Shown piece after piece: positions 51,745-61,634 of a stretch of 64,000 bases of DNA. Position numbers and translations under genes: made by a program. The notes under the pieces are model-generated. The model had not been told where the DNA came from. It searched no databases and was given only the letters and a program-made list of their open reading frames with translations. Positions within the stretch are counted from its first letter, which is position 1, and each line of letters opens with the position of its first letter. The stretch is from the NCBI GenBank assembly GCA_016839705.1, contig JAEOTR010000062.1:1-64000 (forward strand). Reading direction: 5' to 3'. Source of the stretch: Promethearchaeota archaeon. GTDB lineage: Archaea; Asgardarchaeota; Lokiarchaeia; Sigyniarchaeales; SOKP01.

Positions 51745-52974
51745 TTAAAAATAATTATCTTCTTCAGATTCATTTTTTTCTAGTTCTTTTTCATCTTCTT
51801 CCTTTTTCCTCTCTGATATTAGTCTAGTCTCATAAGTTGGCTTTGGTTCAGGTTCTGGAGTAGGTTCTGGAGTAGGTTCTGGAGTAGGTTCTGGAGTAGG
51901 TTCATAGACTGGTTGTGGTTCTGGTTCCGATTCAGGAATAGGCTCATAGATTGGTTGTGGTTCTGGTTCCAGTTTTGGTTCAGGAATAGGTTCATAGACT
52001 GGTTGTGGTTTTGGTTCCGATTCAGGAATAGGCTCATAGACTGGTTGTGATTCTGGTTCTGGTTCAGGAATAGGTTCATAGACTGGTTGTGGTTCTGGTT
52101 CCGGTTCTGGAGTAGGCTCATAGACTGGTTGTGGTTCTGGTTCTGGTTCTGGAGTAGGCTCATAGACTGGTTGTGGTTCTGGTTCCGGTTCTGGTTCAGG
52201 AATAGGTTCATAAAATGGTTGTGGTTCTGGTTCTGGTTCTGGAGTAGGCTCATAGACTGGTTGTGGTTCTGGTTCCGGTTCTGGTTCAGGAATAGGTTCA
52301 TAGACTGGTTGTGGTTCTGGTTCCAGTTTTGGTTCAGGAATAGGTTCATAGACTGGTTGTGGTTTTGGTTCCGATTCAGGAATAGGCTCATAGACTGGTT
52401 GTGGTTCTGGTTCCGGTTCTGGTTCAGGAATAGGTTCATAAAATGGTTGTGGTTCTGGTTCTGGTTCTGGTTCAGGAATAGGTTCATAGACTGGTTGTGG
52501 TTCTGGTTCCGGTTCAGGAGTGGGTTCAAACTCTTTTATTGCTTTTGATTTTTTTTTTATCGGTTTTTTATCTATGGCACTAACCTGTAGTATTGTAAAA
52601 GGATTATTTTCAGGATTTAACATCTCAGGGCCTAAAAATATCATTTTAGGTTTAACTTTCTTTTTATTAATTCTTAATTCTAGTGTAAAATTACCCGGAG
52701 TTAGGAAATCTAAACCATCAACCTGATTTTTTAACGTAGTTTTCCATTCAATTACGTTATTTTCTATTTCGTTAATATTATCTCCAGTTTCAAGGTTAAG
52801 TTTTCTCGTGATTTTTAATTTATTTTGGCAACTTATTTTACCTTGGGCTGTATACTCTTTACTTCCTGCAGTAGTCCATCTTAAGTGAAAGCCATCTAAT
52901 TGTTTCCATAAGGCATAGCCTAAGAATTGTCCGGAATCGACTTTCAAACGTCCCTTAATATTTTTTACATTCAT
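51745..52974 (-). CDS. Beta-rich N-terminal domain plus long Pro/Glu repeat tail
   Basis: [17 protein letters not shown]...DGLDF...IFLG..NPF, then 14 copies of (PE)nPQPxYEP[I/T]. Confidence 0.85.
   Translation of the reverse strand: MNVKNIKGRLKVDSGQFLGYALWKQLDGFHLRWTTAGSKEYTAQGKISCQNKLKITRKLNLETGDNINEIENNVIEWKTTLKNQVDGLDFLTPGNFTLELRINKKKVKPKMIFLGPEMLNPENNPFTILQVSAIDKKPIKKKSKAIKEFEPTPEPEPEPQPVYEPIPEPEPEPEPQPFYEPIPEPEPEPEPQPVYEPIPESEPKPQPVYEPIPEPKLEPEPQPVYEPIPEPEPEPEPQPVYEPTPEPEPEPQPFYEPIPEPEPEPEPQPVYEPTPEPEPEPQPVYEPTPEPEPEPQPVYEPIPEPEPESQPVYEPIPESEPKPQPVYEPIPEPKLEPEPQPIYEPIPESEPEPQPVYEPTPEPTPEPTPEPTPEPEPKPTYETRLISERKKEEDEKELEKNESEEDNYF
51840..52530. repeat. Coding tandem repeat, 42-48-bp units built on GGTTCT hexamers
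   Basis: Repeated ggttcatagactggttgtggttct units; a higher-order block (ttccagttttggttcagg) occurs at 51967 and 52321. Confidence 0.9.
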
Positions 52975-53154
52975 AATTTATCTATAAATATTTTTATATT
53001 TGTGTCTATAAATTACGAAACAATATGTTGATATATATGTTTATATCCTTCTGAAACCTAAGATTGAACTCTAAAAGAGTATGAATCAATAAGGCATAGA
53101 TAATAACGGAAAGATAATCGAAGATATCTTTTTTGTTATTTTAATTTAAAAAAC

Positions 53155-53964
53155 TTATTTCCTTTGAGACTTTAAATCTTGAGGTGTAATTTCTGGATGG
53201 TGATACCTTTGTGTATTTTTAGTTTCAGTACCAAATTGAATGGATTTCTCAGGGCAATAATTAATACAAGCTAAACAAAGTTGACATCTATGCTGCCATT
53301 GAGGTTCCCCTTCAACTAAGATTATATTATTAACAGGGCAAACTTCCTCACATATTCCGCAACTAGTACAATTATCATCAATATAAAATGATTCATCTCT
53401 TAAATTAACCTTTTCTCTAAAATTGGCATTAAATTTTTCAGTCTGGTATTTTCCCTCATAAAGTAAAAATTCTCTTTTCAGAATGTCTGGATCAAGGTTA
53501 CTTTCTTCATTCTTGATCATTTCAGAAATAACTTCGACTTGCTGAGATGCTTTTTCAAAAAGCAAATTTTGACGGTCTTCTGGAGTAGTTTTATATGCGA
53601 TGATGTAGTTAGTTGGCATGACGATTATGTATCCTAAATGAAGCTTTTTAGATTTTGTATTTAAAATTCTTTCTAACTGCTGAAAGGGGAACTCTGTGGT
53701 ACCTCCCGCACTCGCTATAACCGTAAAAAAATAGCGGGGTTTACTAAGATCAATTTTAATTACAAAATCATAGACAATTTTAGGTAACCCTGAATAATAA
53801 AGGGGAAAAATAAAGCCAACTTTTTCACTTGTCACCGACAACGTCTCTTCTTTCCATATTTTAGCAATGGGTGTGAGTTCACAGTCTTCTAACATATCAC
53901 AAATATCCCTTGCGATTTTTAATGAATTACCTGTTCCTGTAAAATAATAGATTGTAGTTTTCAT
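53155..53964 (-). CDS. EFR1-family flavodoxin-ferredoxin fusion
   Basis: YFTGTGNS flavodoxin start; CTSCGICEEVCP and CQLCLACINYCP. Confidence 0.9.
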   Translation of the reverse strand: MKTTIYYFTGTGNSLKIARDICDMLEDCELTPIAKIWKEETLSVTSEKVGFIFPLYYSGLPKIVYDFVIKIDLSKPRYFFTVIASAGGTTEFPFQQLERILNTKSKKLHLGYIIVMPTNYIIAYKTTPEDRQNLLFEKASQQVEVISEMIKNEESNLDPDILKREFLLYEGKYQTEKFNANFREKVNLRDESFYIDDNCTSCGICEEVCPVNNIILVEGEPQWQHRCQLCLACINYCPEKSIQFGTETKNTQRYHHPEITPQDLKSQRK

Positions 53965-54021
53965 AAAAAACCTACCTTAATAGATCGTAATAATTTACAA
54001 GTACTTTTTAATCAGTTCCTA

Positions 54022-54174
54022 TCACACAGGCGTTAGATTAAAAATCCATTTCACTTTACATTGACGGGAACAGAAAAATCGTTTTTCTGGTTTTTGAGCT
54101 ATGTTGATATGATGATGCTCTTTGTTCCATTTATTACTCACGATGTCTTTTCCGCAGTTTTCGCATACAGGCAT
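54022..54174 (-). CDS. 50-aa TRASH/YHS-like zinc-finger microprotein (not in ORF track)
   Basis: MPVCENCGKDIVSNKWNKEHHHINIAQKPEKRFFCSRQCKVKWIFNLTPV*; TTTATA upstream. Confidence 0.7.
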   Translation of the reverse strand: MPVCENCGKDIVSNKWNKEHHHINIAQKPEKRFFCSRQCKVKWIFNLTPV

Positions 54175-54329
54175 TATTTAAATTTTCTTCTTGTCTTACT
54201 TATATAAAATAGTCTAATTTTTATAATGCCTTATTGGTAAATATGGTTTTCGGATTTTAATCTAAATTTTTATAGTTTATACAAAATTACAAAAAGTAAT
54301 TAAAGTGTATCAGATCAAAAGTTAATCTT

Positions 54330-56069
54330 ATGACGATTTTATTAAATCCTAAAGAGCATAACCGCTATTACCCCGATGAAAATTCGAGACATATAATGCT
54401 AAAAACCATTGAATTCTTCGAAAAGAAAGGTAAAGCTAAAATAAAAGAGGATGATAGGAAAAGAGTGTGGTATTCCGATTTCATCGAGTTTCAGAAACAA
54501 CACGAGATTTTTGCCCAACTTTTAACTCCCGAACCTTTTGGAAAAAATGAAAATTATCGCTGGGATACCTGGCGGATATGCGAATTTAATGAAATTCTTG
54601 GTTTTTATGGTCTAGGTTATTGGTATACCTGGCAGGTTTCAATTTTAGGTCTTGGACCAATATGGATGAGCAAAAATGAAGAGATTAAGAAAAAAGCTGC
54701 CCGTTTACTTAGAGAAGGCGCTATCTTTGCATTTGGTCTTTCAGAAAAAGCTCATGGAGCAGATATCTATGCAACGGAGATGTCACTTACACTACAAGAA
54801 GATGAAACATATAGGGCTAATGGAGAGAAATATTACATTGGTAATGGTAATGAGGCAGAAATGGTTTCAAATTTTGGTAAACTTGCAGATATAGATGGAA
54901 ACATCCCTCATTATGACATGAAAAACAAGGATCAGTATGTGTTTTTTGTAGCTAATTATAAACACAAAAATTATGAATTGATAAAAAATGTAGTTGATAG
55001 TCAAAACTTCGTTGCTCATTTTGCGCTCCATGATTATCCTATTACAGAAGAAGAAATCCTTTCGAAAGGTGAAAATGCTTGGAATGCGGCGTTGAATACT
55101 GTAAATGTCGGTAAGTATAATCTAGGATGGGCTTCAATTGGGATTTGTACTCATGCATTCTATGAATCTATTCATCATGCTGCGCATCGTAGATTATATA
55201 ATATGTACGTTACTGATTTTCAACATGTGAAACAGAGCTTTGTAGATGCGTATACACGTTTGATAGCAATGAAGTTATTCGGATTAAGAACTGCTGATTA
55301 CATGCGGGTTGCTTCTAAAAAAGACCGGCGATACTTGCTTTATGCTCCTGTAATGAAAATGAAAACTACAACCCAAGGTGAAGAAGTTATTAATCTCTTA
55401 TGGGATGTCATCGCAGCAAAAGGTTTCGAAAAAAACATGTACTTTGAAAGCGCAGCAAGAGATATTCGTGCTTTACCAAAGCTCGAGGGAACTGTTCACG
55501 TTAATATCGCCTTAATTTTAAAATTCATGATAAACTTCTTTATGAATCATAAAAACTATGAGGAAGTCCCCCGACAAGATCAAGCAGGAAATGATGCATT
55601 TCTATTCAATCAAGGTCCAACTAGTGGGTTGGGACGCGTTCGTCTTCATGATTGGAAACCTGCATTTGAAAAGTACGACTTACCCAATGTTAAAATTTTC
55701 GTGGAACAAATAAAATTATTTAACCAACTTGGCACTAGAGCAATGCCCAGTATTGAACAACAAAATGACATGGATTTCATGCTTTCTGGGATTGGTCAAA
55801 TTTTTGCTCTAATAGTTTATGCTCATCTTATTATTGAAAATGCCCCCATCTATAATATTGATGATGATACTTTAGATCAAATTTTCGATTTTCTTGTACG
55901 AGATTTCTCAACATTTGCTTTAAATCTCTATAACAAATCGAGTATCACAGCTCCTCAGATGGAATATTGCATTCAAATGATTAAGAAACCTAATGTTGAT
56001 GAGGAAAGATTCTTGAAAGTCTGGAACCTCGTACATTCCTTAAAAGATGCTTATCAAATGAATCCTTAG
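54330..56069 (+). CDS. Acyl-CoA dehydrogenase (long form)
   Basis: AFGLSEKAHGAD, GEKYYIGNG, NTVNVGKYNLG and LPKLEGTVHVN motifs. Confidence 0.92.
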   Translation: MTILLNPKEHNRYYPDENSRHIMLKTIEFFEKKGKAKIKEDDRKRVWYSDFIEFQKQHEIFAQLLTPEPFGKNENYRWDTWRICEFNEILGFYGLGYWYTWQVSILGLGPIWMSKNEEIKKKAARLLREGAIFAFGLSEKAHGADIYATEMSLTLQEDETYRANGEKYYIGNGNEAEMVSNFGKLADIDGNIPHYDMKNKDQYVFFVANYKHKNYELIKNVVDSQNFVAHFALHDYPITEEEILSKGENAWNAALNTVNVGKYNLGWASIGICTHAFYESIHHAAHRRLYNMYVTDFQHVKQSFVDAYTRLIAMKLFGLRTADYMRVASKKDRRYLLYAPVMKMKTTTQGEEVINLLWDVIAAKGFEKNMYFESAARDIRALPKLEGTVHVNIALILKFMINFFMNHKNYEEVPRQDQAGNDAFLFNQGPTSGLGRVRLHDWKPAFEKYDLPNVKIFVEQIKLFNQLGTRAMPSIEQQNDMDFMLSGIGQIFALIVYAHLIIENAPIYNIDDDTLDQIFDFLVRDFSTFALNLYNKSSITAPQMEYCIQMIKKPNVDEERFLKVWNLVHSLKDAYQMNP

Positions 56070-56191
56070 TAATATTGTTAAAGAAAATAATAACTAAAAA
56101 TAGATAAAAAATAAGAGGAAAAGTAAAAATTTTGTCAGTTGGATTTAGAGATACTTAATCACAAATTGATTTTTACACGCCAATCATTAAG

Positions 56192-56341
56192 CTAATTTTC
56201 TTCCTCCTCATCCCACATATCATAATCTTCGGTTTCATCCCATTCATCGTCTTCATCATACGGAATATCTTCGTTTGCGTAATCATCCCATTCATCATCA
56301 AACTGATTTCTCCTATTTCCATCATAATTGTATCGGTTCAT
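56192..56341 (-). CDS. 49-aa acidic microprotein with DDEWD motifs (not in ORF track)
   Basis: MNRYNYDGNRRNQFDDEWDDYANEDIPYDEDDEWDETEDYDMWDEEEEN*; GGAGG SD upstream. Confidence 0.65.
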   Translation of the reverse strand: MNRYNYDGNRRNQFDDEWDDYANEDIPYDEDDEWDETEDYDMWDEEEEN

Positions 56342-56666
56342 TTTTACTTCCTCCATATTATCTTTTATTAAATATAATTGTATTTATGGTATATTATCAA
56401 TTATATCATATACTTATACTAGTATTTAAACCTTACTAATGAAAGTTGATATCACTAATGTTATTCTCTTCTATACCATATCTCGTTAGTATATGAGTAA
56501 TGGTTTGATATCATTTAGATCAGAACCACTTGGATGAAACTCTCTAATGGAATTATAGAAATTAGTAACTAAAACAAAAATATCTCTCAATAAAAATCTC
56601 AAAATATTATTAAACACTCTTGAATTTAATACCTGAGACTTTATTAAAAAAATTACAATTTTTAAA

Positions 56667-57185
56667 TTAATTAGTAAGTTTTTGGATGAATAATGAACTA
56701 TCGGAAATATAGTTAGCTGACGAAGTCCCATAAACTGCTACGGTAACGTTATGCACTCCCGCTAATAAATCATACCTTACATCTTGTAATGGTATCATGA
56801 AATTTACTGTTCCAACTCCGTTGAAAGTTCCTATTTCAGCATGCTGATCTGTATCAATTACTCCATCTACGCGGAAATAAACCCAAATTCTAGACCAAGC
56901 TAAAGTAATCCCTTCAGTGTGAGCCCAAGCCATAAAGCTAAAATACACAGATTCATTTACTCCCAGTTCGAATTCAATAGTCAAACCAGAAAATGTTAAG
57001 TATGTGTTGGGGGGATTACATACAAAAGCAGTGTCATTTTCTTTATACCATGTAGTTTGCACACCAAAATTTAATAGTTGGGTTTCTAAATTCGATACAG
57101 TTAACCAAGCAAAACCTCCTAACCCTATACCCCCTGCTCCTAAAATTAATCCAATTAAACCTAATATAGCTCCACCTTTACCCAA
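56667..57185 (-). CDS. Membrane-anchored protein: Gly-rich N-terminal TM and beta-sandwich ectodomain
   Basis: GKGGAILGLIGLILGAGGIGLGG anchor; beta-rich C-terminus; GGAGGT SD with a TTG start. Confidence 0.7.
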   Translation of the reverse strand: MGKGGAILGLIGLILGAGGIGLGGFAWLTVSNLETQLLNFGVQTTWYKENDTAFVCNPPNTYLTFSGLTIEFELGVNESVYFSFMAWAHTEGITLAWSRIWVYFRVDGVIDTDQHAEIGTFNGVGTVNFMIPLQDVRYDLLAGVHNVTVAVYGTSSANYISDSSLFIQKLTN

Positions 57186-57309
57186 AATTATCTACCTCCA
57201 TTAGAAATTAGATTATATGAAATTTTTTTTTGTAAAAATGTAAAAAAGATGTTAAGTTCTTTTATCTGCTCTGCTTTAAAAATACATCTCTTCGGGCTAA
57301 AAAGGAGAG

Positions 57310-57921
57310 TTAAAACCTTGATTCATTCTTGATGACTTCTTCGAAAACTTCATAGGGTTGAGCACCGATCACGAATTGGTTACCAATTAAAAAAGTCGGT
57401 ACGCCATTAATCCCGCGCCTTCCTAATTCAAACATATTTTTCTTCAACCGATTGACGGGTTCATCACTTTCTATATAAGTCATTATCTCTTCCTTATTCA
57501 ATCCAACGGATTCTGCAAGTTCTATCAGTAGAGAAAGATCTCCAATATCTTTCCCTTCTAACCAATAAGATTCAAATACTAATTTGTGAAACTTATCATA
57601 TAACCCTTTAGTTCGTGCGAATTCAGAGATGAATAATGCTAATTGCGAATTCGGCAACGTTTTGGTAAACTTTAAGGTAAGACCCTCCTCATCTGCTAAC
57701 CTTTTTACATTTGCCATAACCATCTCTAAGTAGTCAGGCGGAAATGATAAACCTTCCATCTTAAATCCTTGCTTGGGGGTGTTAGGATGAATTTCGAATG
57801 GTTCCCACTCTACATCAAGATTATATTCTTCTTTAAGCCTTTCTATTCGGTAGAAACCGATATAACAAAAAGGACAGATATAATCGGAGTAAACAATTAC
57901 TTTCAATTTTTTTTGACTCAT
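57310..57921 (-). CDS. DsbA/FrnE-family dithiol oxidoreductase
   Basis: SDYICPFCYIG and GINGVPTF...GAQPYE motifs. Confidence 0.9.
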   Translation of the reverse strand: MSQKKLKVIVYSDYICPFCYIGFYRIERLKEEYNLDVEWEPFEIHPNTPKQGFKMEGLSFPPDYLEMVMANVKRLADEEGLTLKFTKTLPNSQLALFISEFARTKGLYDKFHKLVFESYWLEGKDIGDLSLLIELAESVGLNKEEIMTYIESDEPVNRLKKNMFELGRRGINGVPTFLIGNQFVIGAQPYEVFEEVIKNESRF

Positions 57922-58056
57922 AATTCACTGTTAAGAAGGGAAAACACGTTTTTATACTTTATTGAATTGAAAAATAGTAAAAACATTGATAAAAAATATT
58001 ATTCAAAAAGAAGATGTAAATAATTTAGGATTAAAATGAATTTTTTATCCCATTTT

Positions 58057-58659
58057 TTATCCCATTCCTTGGTTTATTAGAAATTCTGTTAGGGTTTCAA
58101 ATGATTTTTCTACATTCTGACCCGTTTTGGTCGAGATTTCACTATAACTAGAGAGGTTATATTTTTTAGCGATTTCAATTCCCTCTTCTCGATTTAATTC
58201 ACGAACTTCTTGTGAATCTAATTTACTGCCAATCAACATAATTGGAATATCACTTGCTTTTTCTCTAACAACTTGAGTCAATTCTGATATTTGGTTTAAA
58301 GATTTAGAATTCGTAATATCAAACATGATTATAGCTGCATTTGCACCCAAACAATAAGTCGGTATGAGGAACTTAAATCTTTCCTCACCAGTCACTTCCC
58401 AGATTTGTAATTTAATTTTCTTTCCTTGTAATTCTATTGTTTTAACATAAAAATCCACCCCAATGGTTAACCTTTCTGAGGGATTAAAAATGTCAAAGCA
58501 AAACCGATGAGCTAAGGCTGTTTTTTCTACTTCAGGTTCACCCAATAATAAAATTTTAAATGTAAAATCATAATTAAAAGGCGGTCTAAAGATAACCTTC
58601 CTTTTTTTTATGAATTTTCTCTTTTTCCAATTTTTCACTAATTTTGAGATTTTATTCAT
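58057..58659 (-). CDS. Rab-like small GTPase with degenerate G motifs
   Basis: Rab-like FKILLLG, TIGVDF, KLQIW and ERF, but G1 GEPEVEKT, G3 EVTGE and G4 SKLD. Confidence 0.85.
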   Translation of the reverse strand: MNKISKLVKNWKKRKFIKKRKVIFRPPFNYDFTFKILLLGEPEVEKTALAHRFCFDIFNPSERLTIGVDFYVKTIELQGKKIKLQIWEVTGEERFKFLIPTYCLGANAAIIMFDITNSKSLNQISELTQVVREKASDIPIMLIGSKLDSQEVRELNREEGIEIAKKYNLSSYSEISTKTGQNVEKSFETLTEFLINQGMG

Positions 58660-58868
58660 CGCTATAGTTGATTTTATAATAAATTTAAAATATTACCCTT
58701 AAATACGTCTTACCTCAAATGTAAAAAGGTGAACTATCAATATAAATCTTACAGTATTGTCCTTTTTTCATATGACTTAAAAGAAATTGATTCATTCTTT
58801 TCAATATTTTCATATAACTAAAAGGAATTCATCCTAAGTAAACAAAAAAAAATTAGGGAGTTTAGCTT

Positions 58869-59060
58869 TTATTTCTCCTCTTTTTTAACTATATATGGAT
58901 ATTTATCAGTAAGTTCAAACAAGTGTGGATAATTTAATTTCCATCTACGAGATTTGAGAATTTTCTTCTTAATCTTTTGTCTGTGAATTACTTTTCTACT
59001 AACTCTATTACGTGGATATTTTGTTTTCTTTTTTCTTTGCCTTTGATATAAAATTGACAT
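58869..59060 (-). CDS. Small highly basic protein
   Basis: 63 aa, Lys/Arg-rich. Confidence 0.55.
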   Translation of the reverse strand: MSILYQRQRKKKTKYPRNRVSRKVIHRQKIKKKILKSRRWKLNYPHLFELTDKYPYIVKKEEK

Positions 59061-59675
59061 GCTAATCCGTCATATCGAATTAGCCACCTCACAGTCTTCC
59101 TTTTACTTTTTTTAATCTTGCTAAAGTGATAAAGAAATCTAATGAAATCTTCTTTAATCTTTAGAAATTATCACATGATTCTCTATCATGATCTTGAATG
59201 ATTATATAATCTTTATTTATCTTAAAAACTATTTAAACCTTTCTATTGTTTAATAAACTAATGAAGATCCAAATCTGACTAATTATTTTTACATAAACCA
59301 CTCAATCGATAATAAATATCGAATTTTGATATTTATCGATGCTTCTTTGATGAGTTACTCTAATAATTTATAGTTGAATATCTCATACTTGCGTTTTCCG
59401 GAGTAACCTTCAATGGCTACATATATGCTACTGAAAACTATCAGGAAATACGCTTATTGCTCTATAAAAAATATAAATGGAAATAACAATTTTCTGCGTA
59501 AAATTATTGAGCATCTTTAATCAGTGGTACTAGAAATTAACCAAGAAATATGGATTATTTAACAAAAATAAGAAAACTTTCATATAATAATTTTCGTGTT
59601 GAGGACTCAGAATTTTAAGAAGATATTTTATCAGGGTTCGTTAAATAACAGCTAGAAAAACAAATTAAGAAGAAA

Positions 59676-60086
59676 TTACTTACTTTTTTCCTTTTTTAAC
59701 TCTCTTTCCAATATTTTAATATCTCGGTCGATTAATTTCGTTTTGGTTTTCTTTTCTTTAGCAATCGCATTCAATTTTTCATTAAGAGCTTTTTCCTTGG
59801 CCTTTTTCAAAGTGTTATACTCGTGTTCTAAGTTTTTTATAACTTGAATTAATTCTTTCTTTTGTAATGTTAAATCATCGATTTTACTCACAAGCTCATT
59901 AAAAATTGCCTGCTTATTCTGCAGTTTTAATCCAATTTCGCTAATTTTAGGATTATATTCTTCATTTATTTTATTTTCAATATAAGTATCCTTTTTTTTT
60001 GCGGTTTCTTCTATCTTTTCTATTTCAATAGCAATTTTATTAATTTCATCTCTAATCCTTTGTGCTTTAAGTTCTTCCTCTGACAT
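59676..60086 (-). CDS. Coiled-coil protein
   Basis: 136 aa of continuous heptad-like K/E-rich helix. Confidence 0.75.
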   Translation of the reverse strand: MSEEELKAQRIRDEINKIAIEIEKIEETAKKKDTYIENKINEEYNPKISEIGLKLQNKQAIFNELVSKIDDLTLQKKELIQVIKNLEHEYNTLKKAKEKALNEKLNAIAKEKKTKTKLIDRDIKILERELKKEKSK

Positions 60087-60141
60087 TTTGATTCCGTTTG
60101 ATTTATTTTTGTGCTACTTGTTAAATAATTTAAAATTTATT

Positions 60142-60936
60142 TTATTGCTTTTCTTCTGTGACTTCCTCCGCTAGGACTTTCAATAGTTCCTTTTTTCTCT
60201 TTTGAGCATCGATATCCGATTCATCGCTGGTGGGTAATAAACCATTTTCCTCCTCAAGATCAAGGATGGTCATTTTCTCGATAAATCCTTCATATAAATC
60301 ATTAATAATGGTTTTTAAATTAGTTACAGAATCTTTGATACGAGGGTTCGTTTTGAGGTTATTTTCATTACTTTCTATCTCCTCACTTATTATTTTTAAC
60401 TCCTTCGACATGTCTTCTAAGGATTCAAATATATATCTGTCGTTTTCTAACTGTGTTAATTTCTGTTCCTCTGATTTTTTTCTAGTCTCTTCTATAGTTT
60501 CCCAATATAATTCTTTTATCTCATCTTTAATTAATTGTTCATTCTTTTTTATTTTCTCTTTATCAATTTCATCGTAATTGTTTATGTCATTTATGTAGAA
60601 CCCAGCATAAATGTTTTCATTCGATTGCATCATTTCAGCAAATTTTTTGCACAAATTTGCGATACTTTCCTCAATTTCCGGAGAAAATTGTTGATAAATA
60701 ATTATTGAAACCATCACCATTTCTCTAAATCCGCGAGCCCAATCTGAAGGAATTTGAAAATAATAGTTTAGAAATTTAAACTCTTCGAAAGAATGTATAA
60801 AAAATTCTTCCCCTCTCTGCTGAGTCATAACATCATACAGTCTATCTGATATTTCCTCCCCTACCTGATCAGGTGGAAATGAACAAAATATCTTCGGACC
60901 GATTCTTGTATGAAAAAATGATAGCAGAATGAGCAT
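60142..60936 (-). CDS. uDENN/longin-like domain with C-terminal coiled coil
   Basis: LLSFFHTRIGPKIFCSFP and FQIPSDWARG..EMVMVS motifs; GGAGTGA SD. Confidence 0.65.
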   Translation of the reverse strand: MLILLSFFHTRIGPKIFCSFPPDQVGEEISDRLYDVMTQQRGEEFFIHSFEEFKFLNYYFQIPSDWARGFREMVMVSIIIYQQFSPEIEESIANLCKKFAEMMQSNENIYAGFYINDINNYDEIDKEKIKKNEQLIKDEIKELYWETIEETRKKSEEQKLTQLENDRYIFESLEDMSKELKIISEEIESNENNLKTNPRIKDSVTNLKTIINDLYEGFIEKMTILDLEEENGLLPTSDESDIDAQKRKKELLKVLAEEVTEEKQ

Positions 60937-61085
60937 TTTATTTCACTCCTTTTATAATCTCTATATGTTTTAATAAGATAATCTGAGCATATAAATAATT
61001 ATATGTTTTATTATCTCTAGCACTAATCCTTTCAAAAAAAGCGAAGAAAATGTGATTCTTACAAGATTTTAAAAATAACCGATAG

Positions 61086-61484
61086 TTAATCCTTAATCTT
61101 GGATTGAAAATCTAAGGAAATTGAATTAATACAATAACGGCAACCGGTGGGGTTTGGTCCATCATTAAAGACATGCCCTAAGTGCCCTCCACAATTACTA
61201 CAGAGAACTTCGGTTCGTTTCATATCATAGCTCGTATCTATTTGTTCTTTAACATTAGCTTCATCATAAGGTTTATCAAAACTCGGCCAACCTGTTCCTG
61301 AATCAAATTTCTCCTCCGAAGAGAATAGAGGTGCTCCACAACCCGCACATTTGTAAACACCTTTTTCATGATGGTTCCAATATTTTCCTCTAAAAGCGGG
61401 TTCAGTCCCCTTCTCACGGAGAACACGATACTGTTCTTTGGTTAATTTCTTCTTCCATTTATCTTCAGATAATTCTGACTCCAT
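61086..61484 (-). CDS. msrB: Peptide methionine (R)-sulfoxide reductase
   Basis: [28 protein letters not shown] and RYCINS motifs. Confidence 0.96.
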   Translation of the reverse strand: MESELSEDKWKKKLTKEQYRVLREKGTEPAFRGKYWNHHEKGVYKCAGCGAPLFSSEEKFDSGTGWPSFDKPYDEANVKEQIDTSYDMKRTEVLCSNCGGHLGHVFNDGPNPTGCRYCINSISLDFQSKIKD

Positions 61485-61634
61485 ATAACTAATAAGAAAT
61501 TCCCCTTATTAGAATTATTGCCTTATAACCAGTAAACATACCTTTTTCTATGCTTATATAAAAAATCTAATTGTCATTTTAGATTTATACAAAATTAAGC
61601 TTAGGTTTAACTTTTAGAAATATTAATCTAAGTT

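Noticed and set aside
51840-52530. Possible CRISPR array or non-coding repeat
   Set aside because: There are no unique spacers; unit lengths are multiples of 3 and lie in-frame within a Pro/Glu-rich CDS.
51819-52548. Alternative-frame ORFs (NQ-rich 236 aa and WF-rich 153 aa)
   Set aside because: These are shadow frames of the hexamer repeat. Only the 409-aa frame joins a globular domain.
59305-59340. AT-rich inverted repeat in a 600-bp intergenic gap (ncRNA or MITE?)
   Set aside because: It is single-copy and low-complexity, with no target-site duplication or GC-rich structure.
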